Shown: positions 1 to 9,752, counted from the stretch's first letter. The stretch is DNA of 35,246 nt from a bacterium (GCA_004322435.1 SCTT01000319.1:1-35246), one strand, 5' to 3'. The notes: generated from the sequence alone by a model not told the origin. Numbers and translations are program-made.

Positions 1-156
1 GACCAGCTCGCAGGGCAGGCCCTCGAGGCGCCGGGGCTTGCCGCGCGAGGCGTCGTCTAAGACGCGCACCCGGCGCCCCTGCTCGCACAGGCGCCGGACC
101 AAAGAGGAGCCTAAGAAGCCCGCGCCGCCGGTGACGAGGATGAGGCCGTCTTTCAC
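1..156 (-). CDS. NAD-dependent epimerase/dehydratase (extended SDR), N-terminal part; runs off the window edge
   Basis: Not in the ORF track; translated by hand from GTG at 156: VKDGLILVTGGAGFLGSSLVRRLCEQGRRVRVLDDASRG. Has the GxxGxxG Rossmann motif and a GTGA overlap with the upstream stop. Confidence 0.85.
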   Translation of the reverse strand, partial: MKDGLILVTGGAGFLGSSLVRRLCEQGRRVRVLDDASRGKPRRLEGLPCELV

Positions 157-1148
157 CGCACGGCCTCCCAGCGGCCGCTGCGCGCGGAGCGGGCGGCGGC
201 CTCGAGCACGCGCTGAGCGGCCAGGCCTTCGCGCACGCCGGGCACGCAGGCGGGGCCGCCCCGGGCGGCCTTGGCGAACCGGGCGGCCAGCGCCGCCGAG
301 GCCGCCAGGCGCATCGCGTCGGCGCCGCGCGTCGGGCGGCTCAGGACGCGCCGCTTCCCCGACGCCGGCGTGAAGGACAGGACGGCCGCGCAGGGGTCGC
401 CGCCGGGGGCCTCCCACGACAAGGAGCCCCTCTCGCCCCAGACCGCCAGGCGCCAGCCGGTCCCGCCGGGGGCGTCGAGGACGGCGTCGAGCGTCGCGCT
501 GACGCCGCCGGAGAGCTCGAGGCACAACGACGCCCGCGCGTCGGCGCCGGCCGGGCGATACTCCCGGCGGGCCCAGACCCGGCGCGCCGGGCCGACGAGG
601 CGCAGCAGCATGTCGACGGCGTGGACGGCGAAGATGCGCAGGGCCCCGGAGTCCGCCGTGCCCTTCCAGCCGCGCGCCGCGGCCAAGGAAGGCGAGGCCA
701 GGCGCCAGGAGACAGCCGCGCCGCGCAGGCGCCCCAGGCGGCTGGCGGCGGCGCGGGCGGCGCGGTAGGCCGGCAGCTCGCCGAACTCGAAGCCGATGCC
801 GTTGGGGGTGCGGCGCAGGGCCTTGGCCAGCGCGTCCGCCGCCGGGAGGCTCAGGGCCAGGGGTTTTTCCAGAAAGACCGCCTTCCCGCTCTCGGCCGCC
901 AGGGCCGCCGCCGCGGGCTGCAGACGCGGCGGCAGGGCGAGCACGACCGCGTCGAGGCCGGGGTCCGTCACCAGGGCGCGCCAGCCGACGACGCCCCGCG
1001 CGCGGGCCGCGCGGGCGGCACGGGCCGCCGACTCCGGCGTCGAGGCGGAGACCGCGTCCACGCGCACGCCGGGGACGGCCCGGAAGGCGGGGACGAGGAA
1101 GCGCACGCCGTAGCCGGCGCCGGCCACGCCCACGCGCAGGGGCCGCAT
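153..1148 (-). CDS. Gfo/Idh/MocA family oxidoreductase
   Basis: MRPLRVGVAGAGYG Rossmann start, VFLEKPLA motif and a later VHAVD His. The ATG at 1148 overlaps the upstream stop (TGATG). Confidence 0.85.
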   Translation of the reverse strand: MRPLRVGVAGAGYGVRFLVPAFRAVPGVRVDAVSASTPESAARAARAARARGVVGWRALVTDPGLDAVVLALPPRLQPAAAALAAESGKAVFLEKPLALSLPAADALAKALRRTPNGIGFEFGELPAYRAARAAASRLGRLRGAAVSWRLASPSLAAARGWKGTADSGALRIFAVHAVDMLLRLVGPARRVWARREYRPAGADARASLCLELSGGVSATLDAVLDAPGGTGWRLAVWGERGSLSWEAPGGDPCAAVLSFTPASGKRRVLSRPTRGADAMRLAASAALAARFAKAARGGPACVPGVREGLAAQRVLEAAARSARSGRWEAVR

Positions 1149-2341
1149 CAGACCCGGTTGCCGCGCCCGAAGAAGCCCCACACGTCGGCGACGACCTTGC
1201 CGCGCGTGTCGAGGCCCTTGTAGGCGGTGTGGGGCGCGCACAGGATCAGGATGTCGCTCTTCCGCACGACCTCGGCCAGAGGCCTGAGCGCCGGGTCGCG
1301 GACGAACGGGTCGGTCGTCAGGACCGCCTTGGCCCGGAGCGCGAGGAGCTTCTTGAGCTTGTAGCTCAGCGAGGAGCGCGGGTCGTCGTTGTCGGCCTTG
1401 AAGGCCATCCCCAACAGGCCCACCGTCTTCTTGGCGAGGTCGTGGCGCTGGGAGAGCCGCCGCACGATGTAGACCGGCAGGCGCTCGTTGGCGCGCATCG
1501 CCGCGTGGCCGAGGTTGAAGTCATGGTCCGGGGAGGCGGCCAGCTGCATCGTGTCTTTGAAGAGACACGGCCCGGCCGCGAAGCCGGCTCCGGGGAGGTC
1601 CCGGAGGCGGTCGTAGCCTTCCTTCATGCCGCGGTGGATGCGGGAGTAGTCGAGGCCCGCCGAGTTGGCGATCATGTAGAACTGGTTGGCCGCCGCGAAC
1701 TGGATGTAGCGGTAGGCGTTGCAGAAGAGCTTCGCGAACTCGGCCTCGCGCGGGGCGAGCCGCACGATGCGCGGGGCCAGATGCCCGAAGAGCGCGGCGG
1801 CCTCGTCCTCGGCGGCCCGCGTCGTGCCGCTGACGATCTGCGGGAGCTTGCCGAGCTCCTCCACGGCGCGGCCCTGGACGATGCGCTCGGGCGCGAAGGC
1901 GACGCCGGCCTTGACGCCCTTGCCGCGCAGGAAGCGGCCCACCCATTCGGTGACGCCCGGCGTCACCGTCGAGCGCAGCACCAGCGTCTGGCGGCCGCCC
2001 AGGTGCGGCAGGAGGGGCTTCAAGGCCGCCTCGATGTCGCCGGTGCGGGGGTTGAGGAACTCGTCGATGGGGGTGCCGATGGTGAGGACCACGAAGCGCG
2101 CGCCGCGGATGCCGGAGGCCTTGTCCGTGAGCTCCAGGCGCCCCGACTTGAGGACCCGACGCAGCAGCGCCGCCCCGCCCTCTTCCATGAAGGGCATGCG
2201 GCCCTTGGCGATGGCGGCCAAGGCCCGGCGGTTGACGTCCACGACGCGCACGCGCAGGCCGCGGTCCGCAAAGGCCAGGGCCAGCGGCAGGCCGACGTGG
2301 CCCGCCCCGCCGATGACGCACAAGTCCGCGTTTTGACGCAT
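1148..2341 (-). CDS. UDP-glucose/GDP-mannose dehydrogenase family nucleotide-sugar dehydrogenase (WecC-like)
   Basis: IGGAGHVGLPLA, TIGTP, LRSTVTPG, FAPERI, AEFAKLFCNAYR, catalytic Cys in AGPCLFKD, GMAFKADNDDPRSS. Confidence 0.9.
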   Translation of the reverse strand: MRQNADLCVIGGAGHVGLPLALAFADRGLRVRVVDVNRRALAAIAKGRMPFMEEGGAALLRRVLKSGRLELTDKASGIRGARFVVLTIGTPIDEFLNPRTGDIEAALKPLLPHLGGRQTLVLRSTVTPGVTEWVGRFLRGKGVKAGVAFAPERIVQGRAVEELGKLPQIVSGTTRAAEDEAAALFGHLAPRIVRLAPREAEFAKLFCNAYRYIQFAAANQFYMIANSAGLDYSRIHRGMKEGYDRLRDLPGAGFAAGPCLFKDTMQLAASPDHDFNLGHAAMRANERLPVYIVRRLSQRHDLAKKTVGLLGMAFKADNDDPRSSLSYKLKKLLALRAKAVLTTDPFVRDPALRPLAEVVRKSDILILCAPHTAYKGLDTRGKVVADVWGFFGRGNRV

Positions 2342-2349
2342 GCCGAGGG

Positions 2350-2379
2350 ATTGTCACAAACCCCCTCCACCCCCGTCAA
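2350..2379 (-). promoter_or_regulatory. Putative sigma70 promoter for the dehydrogenase unit
   Basis: Minus strand TTGACG (2379-2374), an 18 nt spacer ending in TGn, then GACAAT (2355-2350), which lies 8 nt before the ATG at 2341. Confidence 0.55.
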
Positions 2380-2396
2380 TCTGGCCCGTCTCCCGG

Positions 2397-2408
2397 TTTT
2401 TGTACCAT
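2397..2408 (+). promoter_or_regulatory. Possible -10 element for the wzx operon
   Basis: AT-rich ttttTGTACCAT with TACCAT at 2403-2408, 12 nt before the ATG at 2421. No convincing -35. Confidence 0.35.
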
Positions 2409-2420
2409 CGTGCTTCGCCC

Positions 2421-3956
2421 ATGCCGGAACGTCCGCGCCTCGTGCGCTTCCTCGTGAACACCCTCTGGAGCCTGTGGGGGCTCGTGGTGCTCTCGGCCTT
2501 GAGCTTCTTCCTGCTGCCGCTGATGGTCCGCGGCCTGGGGCTCGAGGGCTACGCCCTCTACGCCCTGATGGGCTCCTTCTCGGGCTATCTGCTCCTGCTG
2601 ACGATGGGCGCCGGCAACGCCACGGTCAAATTCGTGGCCGAGCTGCGCGGCAAGGGGGACGGGAACGCGGTGCGGGCCGCCGTGCTCGCCTCCCTGCGCC
2701 TCCATACCCTCCCCGTCCTCGCCGGGTCCGCCGCCCTCTTCGCGGCGCGCGGCTGGCTGACCGCCTCGTTCTTGAACGTCAGCCCCGCCGCGCAGGCGGA
2801 CGCCGCGTTCTTGGTCGCGGCGGCGTCCGCGAGCGGCGTGTTCGTGGCTCTGCTCCAGCTCGCCGTCTGCGTGAACCAGGGCCTGCAGCGCTTCCCCGCC
2901 GCCAACGCCCTCCTGGTCGCCCAGTCGACGCTGGTCCTCGGCGGCAGCGCCCTCCTCGTGTGGCTCGGGCACGGCCTGCGCTCCCTCGGCGTCCTCTACA
3001 TCGCGGTGCACGTCGCCCTCGCCGTCGGGGCGCTCGCCTGGGCATGGGCGTCTTTGCCGGACGCGGCCCCGGAAGACGGGGCGGCCGATCGGGCGACGGC
3101 GGCGTCCTTCCGCTCCTACGCGCTGCAGATCTTCGTGACCCAGCTGGCGTGGTCGGCGACGTTCCAATGGGACCGGCTGGTCCTCGGCTCGCGCCTGCCG
3201 CTGGCGGAGCTGGCCTATTACACCATCCCCGCGATGCTGCTCCAAAAGCTCTTCGCCCTCCCGAACGCGGCGATGGTCTCGCTGTTCCCGATGATCAGCG
3301 AGATGGAAGGCCAGGGAGAGGCCGACGCCCTCGGGCGCGTCTACCGCCTCGGAGGCCAGCTGGTGCTGTGGCTGACCGTGCCGGGATTCCTGCTTTTGTC
3401 CCTCTTCGCCCCGCAGCTCTTGTCCTTATGGCTCGGCGGGGATTTTTCCGAAAAGGGCGTCTGGCCGCTGCGCCTCATCGCCGCCGGATATTTCTTCAAT
3501 CTGCTCGGTTCGATGCCGACGACGGCGGCGACCGGCCGCGGGCGGCCCGCCTACACGTCCGCGTGGCAGACGGCCCAAGCCGCCCTGTGCCTGGTCGGCT
3601 GGGTCGTGTTCATCCCCCGGATGGGGATCCTCGGCGCCGCCTTGGCCTTCGCCCTGGCCCAGGCGCTGGCCGCCCTGCCTTACGTCTGGCTCGTCAGCCG
3701 AGACCTCTTCGGCATGACCGCGGCCGAATACGCCGGCGAGGTCCTCGCGCGGCCGCTGGCGGCCGCGGCCGGGCTGCTCGCCGTGCTCTGGCCCCTGCGC
3801 GAGCGGGCGACCGGCTGGGGGTCGCTGGCGGCCCTGTGCGCCCTGGGGACCCTCGCCTACTGCGGCGCCGGGCTCGCGGTCGTGGGCTCCGACGAGCGCG
3901 CTCTGATCCGTCGCCTCTGGGGGGCCACGCTGGGCCGCGCGGAGCCCGCATCGTGA
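2421..3956 (+). CDS. wzx: Wzx/MOP-family oligosaccharide flippase
   Basis: About 511 aa and highly polytopic. N-terminal NTLWSLWG...LLPLMVRGLGLEGYALY and the mid-protein DRLVLGSRLPLAELAYY are typical of polysaccharide flippases. Start taken as the ATG at 2421. Confidence 0.85.
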   Translation: MPERPRLVRFLVNTLWSLWGLVVLSALSFFLLPLMVRGLGLEGYALYALMGSFSGYLLLLTMGAGNATVKFVAELRGKGDGNAVRAAVLASLRLHTLPVLAGSAALFAARGWLTASFLNVSPAAQADAAFLVAAASASGVFVALLQLAVCVNQGLQRFPAANALLVAQSTLVLGGSALLVWLGHGLRSLGVLYIAVHVALAVGALAWAWASLPDAAPEDGAADRATAASFRSYALQIFVTQLAWSATFQWDRLVLGSRLPLAELAYYTIPAMLLQKLFALPNAAMVSLFPMISEMEGQGEADALGRVYRLGGQLVLWLTVPGFLLLSLFAPQLLSLWLGGDFSEKGVWPLRLIAAGYFFNLLGSMPTTAATGRGRPAYTSAWQTAQAALCLVGWVVFIPRMGILGAALAFALAQALAALPYVWLVSRDLFGMTAAEYAGEVLARPLAAAAGLLAVLWPLRERATGWGSLAALCALGTLAYCGAGLAVVGSDERALIRRLWGATLGRAEPAS

Positions 3957-5014
3957 GCCGGCCCGCGGCGACCAGCCTCGTCACGGCCTACAACTACGGC
4001 CGCTACATCACGGCCACCCTGGAGAGCGTGCTGGCCCAGACCGTGCCCGCCTCCGACCACGAGGTCATCGTGGTCGACAACGGCTCGACCGACGACACGC
4101 GCGCGCGCGTGGCGGCGTTCGGGGCCCGGGTCCGCTACCACTACCGGGAGAACTCCCAGGGGCAGGCCGGGACGCTCAACGCGGGGCTGGCGCTGGCCCG
4201 GGGCGAGGTCGTCAGCTTCCTCGACGCCGACGACCTCTGGGTCCCCGACAAGGTCGAACGCGTCCTCGAGCGCTTCCGGAGCGAACCGGACCTCGGCGCG
4301 GTCCAGCACGGCTGCCGCTACATCGACGGCGCGGGGGCCGACCTCGGCGTCGAGACTTTGCCCCGCCCCGGCCGGGTCACCTTCGAGGACCTCTTGCGCG
4401 GGCCGGTCTGGGGCTCGCACATGAGCTCGATGAGCCTGCGCCGGGACGTCCTCGAGCGCATCGGCCCCGTCCCCCCCGACTTCGCCTACACCCTCCCCGA
4501 CGCCTACCTGTTCCAGCACGGCCTCTTCTTCGCGCCGGCCGGGAACATCCCGCTGGCGCTGACGCTCTACCGCCGCCACGGCCGCAGCTGGAGCGACCGC
4601 TGGGGCGAAGCGAAGGGCTGCGCCCAGGACCTCGCGCTCGGACACCGCGCGCAGCGCCGCTTCGACGCGCACTTAAAGCGCCGCCTGCGCGCCCAGGGCC
4701 TGGCCCTGCGCTGGTCCCCCGAGGCCCTCGCCGAGCGCCGGCGCGAGCGCTCCGAGCGCCTGGTGCTGCTCTCGGCCTACGCGGGGCGCCGCGCGCGGGC
4801 TTTGCGCCTCTTGGGCGCGCTGCTGCGCGGCGCGCGCGGAGCGGGCGAGGCGGCCCTCAAGGCCGCCGCGCTCTCTCTGGCGGTGCTGGCGCCGGGGCTC
4901 TACGCCCGGCTGTACCTCCTCTATCGCCGGCGGCCGGCGGCCGCGATGGCGCTGGGGCGCCTGCGGGAAGCCGACCCGTTCGCCGGCGGGACCCCGGCGG
5001 GAGCCCCGCGATGA
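3953..5014 (+). CDS. Glycosyltransferase family 2
   Basis: C-terminal part of track ORF 1229..5014, GTG at 3953 with GTGA overlap. Motifs VTAYNYGRYI, VVDNGSTDDT and SFLDADD (DxD). Confidence 0.9.
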   Translation: MSRPAATSLVTAYNYGRYITATLESVLAQTVPASDHEVIVVDNGSTDDTRARVAAFGARVRYHYRENSQGQAGTLNAGLALARGEVVSFLDADDLWVPDKVERVLERFRSEPDLGAVQHGCRYIDGAGADLGVETLPRPGRVTFEDLLRGPVWGSHMSSMSLRRDVLERIGPVPPDFAYTLPDAYLFQHGLFFAPAGNIPLALTLYRRHGRSWSDRWGEAKGCAQDLALGHRAQRRFDAHLKRRLRAQGLALRWSPEALAERRRERSERLVLLSAYAGRRARALRLLGALLRGARGAGEAALKAAALSLAVLAPGLYARLYLLYRRRPAAAMALGRLREADPFAGGTPAGAPR

Positions 5015-6099
5015 CCCGGGTCCTCGCCGTACTCGGCACGCGGCCCGAGGCGGTCAAGCTCGCCCCCGTCGTGCGCGCGCTGCGCCGGCGCGGCATCGGC
5101 GTGCGCCTGGTCTCGACCGGCCAGCACCGCGAGCTCCTCGACGACGCGCTCGCCGACCTGGGGCTCAAGGCCGACGCCGACCTGCGGCTGATGCGGGCGG
5201 GGCAGACGCACGTCCGGCTCGCCGCGCGCGTCCTCGAGGGTCTGGGGCCTCTGTTGGCCCGCTGGCGTCCCGCGCTGACCTTGGTCCAAGGCGACACCAC
5301 GACCGCCGCGGCGGCCGCGCTGGCCTCCTTCCACGCGGGCGTGCCGGTCGGCCACGTCGAGGCCGGCCTACGCTCCTTCGACCGGGCGAACCCCTTCCCC
5401 GAAGAGGGCAACCGGGTGGTCGTCGACCACTTAAGCGCCCTGCGCTTCGCGCCGACCCGCGCGGCGAGGGCGAACCTGCGCCGCGAGGGCCTGGGCGGGC
5501 CGGGCAGCCTCGTCACCGGGAACACGGCGGTGGACGCGGTGCGCTGGGCCGCGGCGCGGGCCCCCCGGAGCCGGCCCGGCTGCGTGCTGGCCACCTTCCA
5601 CCGGCGCGAGAGCTTCGGGCGGCCGCTTGAGCGCATGCTCGGCGCCCTGCGCGCGCTGGCCGCGCGCAGGGCCGACGTCCGCGTCGTCTTCGCGGTGCAC
5701 CCAAACCCCGCGGTGCGCCGCGCGGCCCGCGCGCTCCGGCCCCACCCGCGCCTCGAGCTCCTTGCCCCCCTGCCCTACCTCGACTTCGTCGGGCTTTTGG
5801 CCGGCTGCCGCCTGGTCGTCACCGACTCGGGCGGCCTGCAGGAGGAGGCGTCCGCCCTCGGCCGGCCCGTCCTCGTCGCCCGCGACGTGACCGAGCGCCC
5901 CGAGCTTCTGGCGGCCGGCGGCGGCCGGCTCGTGGGCCGGGAGCCCGCGCGTCTCGTGCGCGAGGCGGAGCGGCTCTTAGACGACGCGGGCGCCTGGCGG
6001 CGGATGTCCCGCGCGCGCTGCCCCTTCGGCGACGGCCGTGCTGGCGAGCGCACCGCCGCGGCGGTGGCCCGTTGGCTGGCCGGCCGGAGGCGCGCGTGA
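5011..6099 (+). CDS. wecB: UDP-N-acetylglucosamine 2-epimerase (non-hydrolysing)
   Basis: GTRPEAVKLAP, TGQH, VQGDT, HVEAGLRS, PFPEE, HRRE, TDSGGLQEEA, TERPE, PFGDG. Confidence 0.95.
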   Translation: MTRVLAVLGTRPEAVKLAPVVRALRRRGIGVRLVSTGQHRELLDDALADLGLKADADLRLMRAGQTHVRLAARVLEGLGPLLARWRPALTLVQGDTTTAAAAALASFHAGVPVGHVEAGLRSFDRANPFPEEGNRVVVDHLSALRFAPTRAARANLRREGLGGPGSLVTGNTAVDAVRWAAARAPRSRPGCVLATFHRRESFGRPLERMLGALRALAARRADVRVVFAVHPNPAVRRAARALRPHPRLELLAPLPYLDFVGLLAGCRLVVTDSGGLQEEASALGRPVLVARDVTERPELLAAGGGRLVGREPARLVREAERLLDDAGAWRRMSRARCPFGDGRAGERTAAAVARWLAGRRRA

Positions 6100-7109
6100 G
6101 CTCCCCCTTCTTCACCGTCGTCATCCCCACCTACAACCGCGCGCGGCTGGCCGCCGCGGCGGTGTTGAGCCTCCTGGGCCAGACCGAGAAGGACTGGGAG
6201 GCCTTCGTCGTAGACGACGGCTCCGCCGACGGCACGCCCGAGGTCCTCGCGCGCCTGCCGGCCGACCCGCGGGTCACCGTGGTCGCCCAGAAGGAGAACG
6301 GCGGCCAGCACCGCTGCCGCAACCTGGCCATCGCCCGCGCGCGCGGGCGCTTCGTGACCTTCCTCGACTCGGACGACATGTACCTGCCCTCCCGCCTGGC
6401 CGCCTTCCGGGCCGCGGCCGAGGCCCGCCCCGGCGTCGGCTTCTGGTTCTCGAACGCCTACGTCTGGCGCCTGGGCCGCGTCGTGGGCACGCTCTTCGAC
6501 CCCGCCCGCGAGATCCCGCAGGGCCGCGTCCCCGGGCACTACGCGGTCGGCGAGCGCTGGCTCCCCTACGTGACGACGAACGTCGCGGTGTCGCGCGAGG
6601 CCTTCGAGCGCTTCGGACCCTTCCGCACGGACCTGCGCATCCTGGAGGACACCGAGCTCTACGCGCGGATGCTCGCCGGCGGCCTCGAGGTCGGCGCCCT
6701 CGCCGCGCCGCTGTCGGTGCGCACCCTCCACGAGGGGCAGATCACGCGCGAGCACGGCCGTGACTACCGGGAGTCTCTCGAGGCCCTGCGCGCCTCGGGG
6801 CTGCCGGCGGAGCTCTTCGAGGAGCGCCGCCGGGCGCTCGCCGAGGAGGTCGCGGGCTACATGCTCAAGTCGCTTAAGCCCGACGAGGCGCGGGCCTTCT
6901 TGGCCGCCGAGCTCGGGGCCGCCGCCGCGCGCAAGACGGGCGTGTGGCGCTGGGCGGCCCTGCCCGCCCCCGTCCTCGCCGCGGCTCGGGCGGCGCGCGG
7001 CGCGTGGCTCCGGGCGCGCTACTCCCCGGCGCTGGCCCCCGCCGACTACGCGGCGGCCGCGGCCGCGGTGAAGCCTTACCTCGACGAAGCCGCGAGGCTC
7101 GCGCCGTGA
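6096..7109 (+). CDS. Glycosyltransferase family 2
   Basis: GTG at 6096 with GTGA overlap. Motifs VVIPTYNRA, VVDDGSADGT, TFLDSDD and ED in ILEDTEL. Confidence 0.9.
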   Translation: MSSPFFTVVIPTYNRARLAAAAVLSLLGQTEKDWEAFVVDDGSADGTPEVLARLPADPRVTVVAQKENGGQHRCRNLAIARARGRFVTFLDSDDMYLPSRLAAFRAAAEARPGVGFWFSNAYVWRLGRVVGTLFDPAREIPQGRVPGHYAVGERWLPYVTTNVAVSREAFERFGPFRTDLRILEDTELYARMLAGGLEVGALAAPLSVRTLHEGQITREHGRDYRESLEALRASGLPAELFEERRRALAEEVAGYMLKSLKPDEARAFLAAELGAAAARKTGVWRWAALPAPVLAAARAARGAWLRARYSPALAPADYAAAAAAVKPYLDEAARLAP

Positions 7110-8248
7110 GGATCGTCATCGAGGAGCCGCTCCACGGCTCGGGGCGCGGCGGCGTCGCGGTCTACAACCGGCGCCTGATCACGCTGCTCTCCGAGATGGA
7201 CCCCGAGACCGAGTACCTGCTCTTCACGTACTACTTCGGCGGCCATCCCGACGTCGCGGCCCGCCTGGCCCCGCCCCCCGGCGCGCGGTGGAAGCGCCTG
7301 CACGCGCGCTGGCCGGAACGCGTCGTCCGCAAGGCCGAGTGGGGCTGGAAGGTGCCGCTCGTCGAGTCCTATCTGGCGGCCCGCGGCGCGGACCTCTATC
7401 ATTGCCACCGCGTGCCGGTCACAAAGCGCGTCCCCCTCGTCACCACGGTCCACGACCTGTTCACCGAGGTCCACCCCGAGTGGAGTTCCGGCTGGATGAA
7501 GGAGCTGTTCGGCGAAGTCGTGCGTCCGGGCTTGGGGCGCGTCGAGCGCATCCTCTCCATCTCGGAGGGCACGAAGAAGGATTTGGTCGAGCGCTGGGGC
7601 GTGGCGCCCGAGCGCATCCAGGTCATCCACGAGGGCGTCGACGGCGGCGTGTTCAAGCCGTTGCCTAAGGAGACCTTGGCCCACGTGCGCGCCCAATACC
7701 GGCTCCCCGAGCGCTTCCTGATGATGGTGGGCCCCTTCGACCCCTGGTGCGACCCGCGCTGGACCCTGGAAGCGCTCGCGCGGCTGCCCTCCCATCTGGG
7801 AACCGTGGGCCTCGTGATGGCCGGCCCGCGCGGCTCGCTCTACGAGGACGTCCAGCGCCGCGCGGCGGAGCTGGGCCTGTCGCGCCGCGTCCAATGGCTG
7901 GGCTACGTCCCGCAGGCCGACCTCGTGGCGGCCTACAACCTCGCCCAGGCTTTGATGTTCGCCTCCGGCTACGAGGGCTTCGGCCTGCCCGTGCTCGAGG
8001 CGATGTCCTGCGGGACGCCGGTCGTCACCTCGCGCTCGGGGGCCCTGCCCGAGGTCGCCGGCGAGGCGGCTCTCTTGTGCGACTACGACTCCCCCGAGCA
8101 GCTCGCCGCGGCGATGGTCCAGGTCTTAGACGACGGCGCGGTGCGCGCGGACCTGCGCGAGAAGGGCCTGCGCCGGGCGGCCGCCCTGCCTTGGGAGAAG
8201 ACCGCCCGCGAGACGCTCGCCGTGTACCGCTCCGTCCTCGGCCGCTGA
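7106..8248 (+). CDS. Glycosyltransferase family 4 (GT-B; MtfB-like)
   Basis: GTG at 7106. Motifs VTTVHDL, SISEGTKKDL, LGYVPQADL and YEGFGLPVLEAMSCGTPVV (EX7E). Confidence 0.9.
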   Translation: MRIVIEEPLHGSGRGGVAVYNRRLITLLSEMDPETEYLLFTYYFGGHPDVAARLAPPPGARWKRLHARWPERVVRKAEWGWKVPLVESYLAARGADLYHCHRVPVTKRVPLVTTVHDLFTEVHPEWSSGWMKELFGEVVRPGLGRVERILSISEGTKKDLVERWGVAPERIQVIHEGVDGGVFKPLPKETLAHVRAQYRLPERFLMMVGPFDPWCDPRWTLEALARLPSHLGTVGLVMAGPRGSLYEDVQRRAAELGLSRRVQWLGYVPQADLVAAYNLAQALMFASGYEGFGLPVLEAMSCGTPVVTSRSGALPEVAGEAALLCDYDSPEQLAAAMVQVLDDGAVRADLREKGLRRAAALPWEKTARETLAVYRSVLGR

Positions 8249-8988
8249 TGGACGCGGCCAACGACGCGTACTACCGCAGCCTCTCCGCGGGCCGCAGCGA
8301 CTATTGGCGCAAGATGGCCGCGCCGCGCCTGCGGGTGCGGCGCCTGCTCGCGGAGCTCGCCCGCGAGGCGGCGCAGTCCGTGGTCGACCTCGGTTGCGGG
8401 GGCGGTGAGCTCCTCTTGGAGGTCGCGGCCGCAAACCCCGCGGCGCGCCTATGCGGCGTGGACGCCTCCGAGGCCCAGCTCGCCGAGAACCGGCGGCGGC
8501 ACCCCGGGGGCGAATGGCTGACCGCGGACCTCGACTTCCCCGAAGCCGTCCCGCCGGCGCTGGCCGGGACCTTCGACGCCGTCGTGGCCAGCGAGGTGCT
8601 CGAGCACGTGGAGCGCCCCCGTGTCTTCCTCGCCAACGCCCTGACGCTCGCCCGTCCCGGCGGACGCCTGCTGTTGTCCACCCAGAGCGGGCCCGTGGGC
8701 GAGACCGAGCGCGCCGTCGGCCACCGGCGCCACTACTCGGCCGAGGAGGCCCGGGAGCTTCTGCGCGGGTCGGGCTGGGAGCCGTTGCGCGTCTGGAACG
8801 AGGGTTTCCCGTTCCACGACCTCTCCAAGCGCCTCGCCAACCTCCGCCCCGGCGCGGCGATGGAACGCTTCGGCGGCGCCGCGTACGGGCCCGTCGAGGA
8901 CGCCGTCTGCCTGGCGCTGCGCCTGGCCTTCCGGCTCAACTCCCGCACCCGCGGCGCACAGCTCTTCGCCGCCGCGCGCAAGCCATGA
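8248..8988 (+). CDS. Class I SAM-dependent methyltransferase
   Basis: ATG at 8248 with TGATG overlap. Motifs VVDLGCGGG, FDAVVASEVLEHV and RPGGRLLL. Confidence 0.85.
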   Translation: MDAANDAYYRSLSAGRSDYWRKMAAPRLRVRRLLAELAREAAQSVVDLGCGGGELLLEVAAANPAARLCGVDASEAQLAENRRRHPGGEWLTADLDFPEAVPPALAGTFDAVVASEVLEHVERPRVFLANALTLARPGGRLLLSTQSGPVGETERAVGHRRHYSAEEARELLRGSGWEPLRVWNEGFPFHDLSKRLANLRPGAAMERFGGAAYGPVEDAVCLALRLAFRLNSRTRGAQLFAAARKP

Positions 8989-9752
8989 GCGGCGGGACCG
9001 AGCGCGCCTTCGGCTTCGCCTGGGCCTTCTATCACGAGGTCATCCCGCTCCATAAGGAGCAGTTCGCGGGCTGGATCACCCCGTTGCCGCTCTCTTTCTT
9101 CAAGGCCAAGCGCTTCCTCGACGCCGGCTGCGGCATCGGCCGCAACAGCCTGTGGGCGCTCGAGGCCGGCGCGGCCTCGGGACTGGCCTTCGACTACGAC
9201 GAGCGCACGGTCGGCGTCGCGCGGCGCAACCTGGCCGCGCACCCCGCGTGCGAGGTGAGGCACCTCTCCGTCTACGACCTCGTCGCCGACGCCGAGTTCG
9301 ACGCCGTCTTCTGCATCGGCGTCCTCCAGCACCTCGAGCGCCCCGCGGACGCGGTGCGGAACCTGGCGCGCGCGCTCAAGCCCGGGGGAACGCTCATCCT
9401 CTGGGCCTACGCCCGGGAGGGCAACGAAGGCTACCTGCGCTGGGCCGACCCGCTGCGGCGCCTGGTGACCTCGCGCATCCACCCCGTGCTGACGCTGGCG
9501 CTCGCCCGCGCTCTGACGACGCTCCTGCGCCTGCGTTTGCTTCTGCCCCACGGCGACCCTTATCTGGCGCTCCTCGCCAAGCGCTCGTTCCGCCACACCG
9601 AGGCGATGGTCTTCGACCAGCTGCTCCCCCACATCGCCCACTACTGGACGAAAGACGAGATGCTCGCCCTGGCCGAAGGCCTCCCCCTGCGCGTCACGCG
9701 CCTCACCCACACCCATGGAATGTCCTGGACCCTCCTGGCCGAGAAGCTCTAA
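8985..9752 (+). CDS. Class I SAM-dependent methyltransferase
   Basis: ATG at 8985 with ATGA overlap. Motifs FLDAGCGIGR, FDAVFCIGVLQH and LKPGGTL. Confidence 0.85.
   Translation: MSGGTERAFGFAWAFYHEVIPLHKEQFAGWITPLPLSFFKAKRFLDAGCGIGRNSLWALEAGAASGLAFDYDERTVGVARRNLAAHPACEVRHLSVYDLVADAEFDAVFCIGVLQHLERPADAVRNLARALKPGGTLILWAYAREGNEGYLRWADPLRRLVTSRIHPVLTLALARALTTLLRLRLLLPHGDPYLALLAKRSFRHTEAMVFDQLLPHIAHYWTKDEMLALAEGLPLRVTRLTHTHGMSWTLLAEKL

Noticed and set aside
1229-5014. 1261-aa ORF that looks like a giant GT2 fusion
   Set aside because: The first ~908 codons are antisense to the dehydrogenase and out of frame with wzx, and are Arg/Gly/Pro-rich. Only the part from the GTG at 3953 has protein-like motifs.
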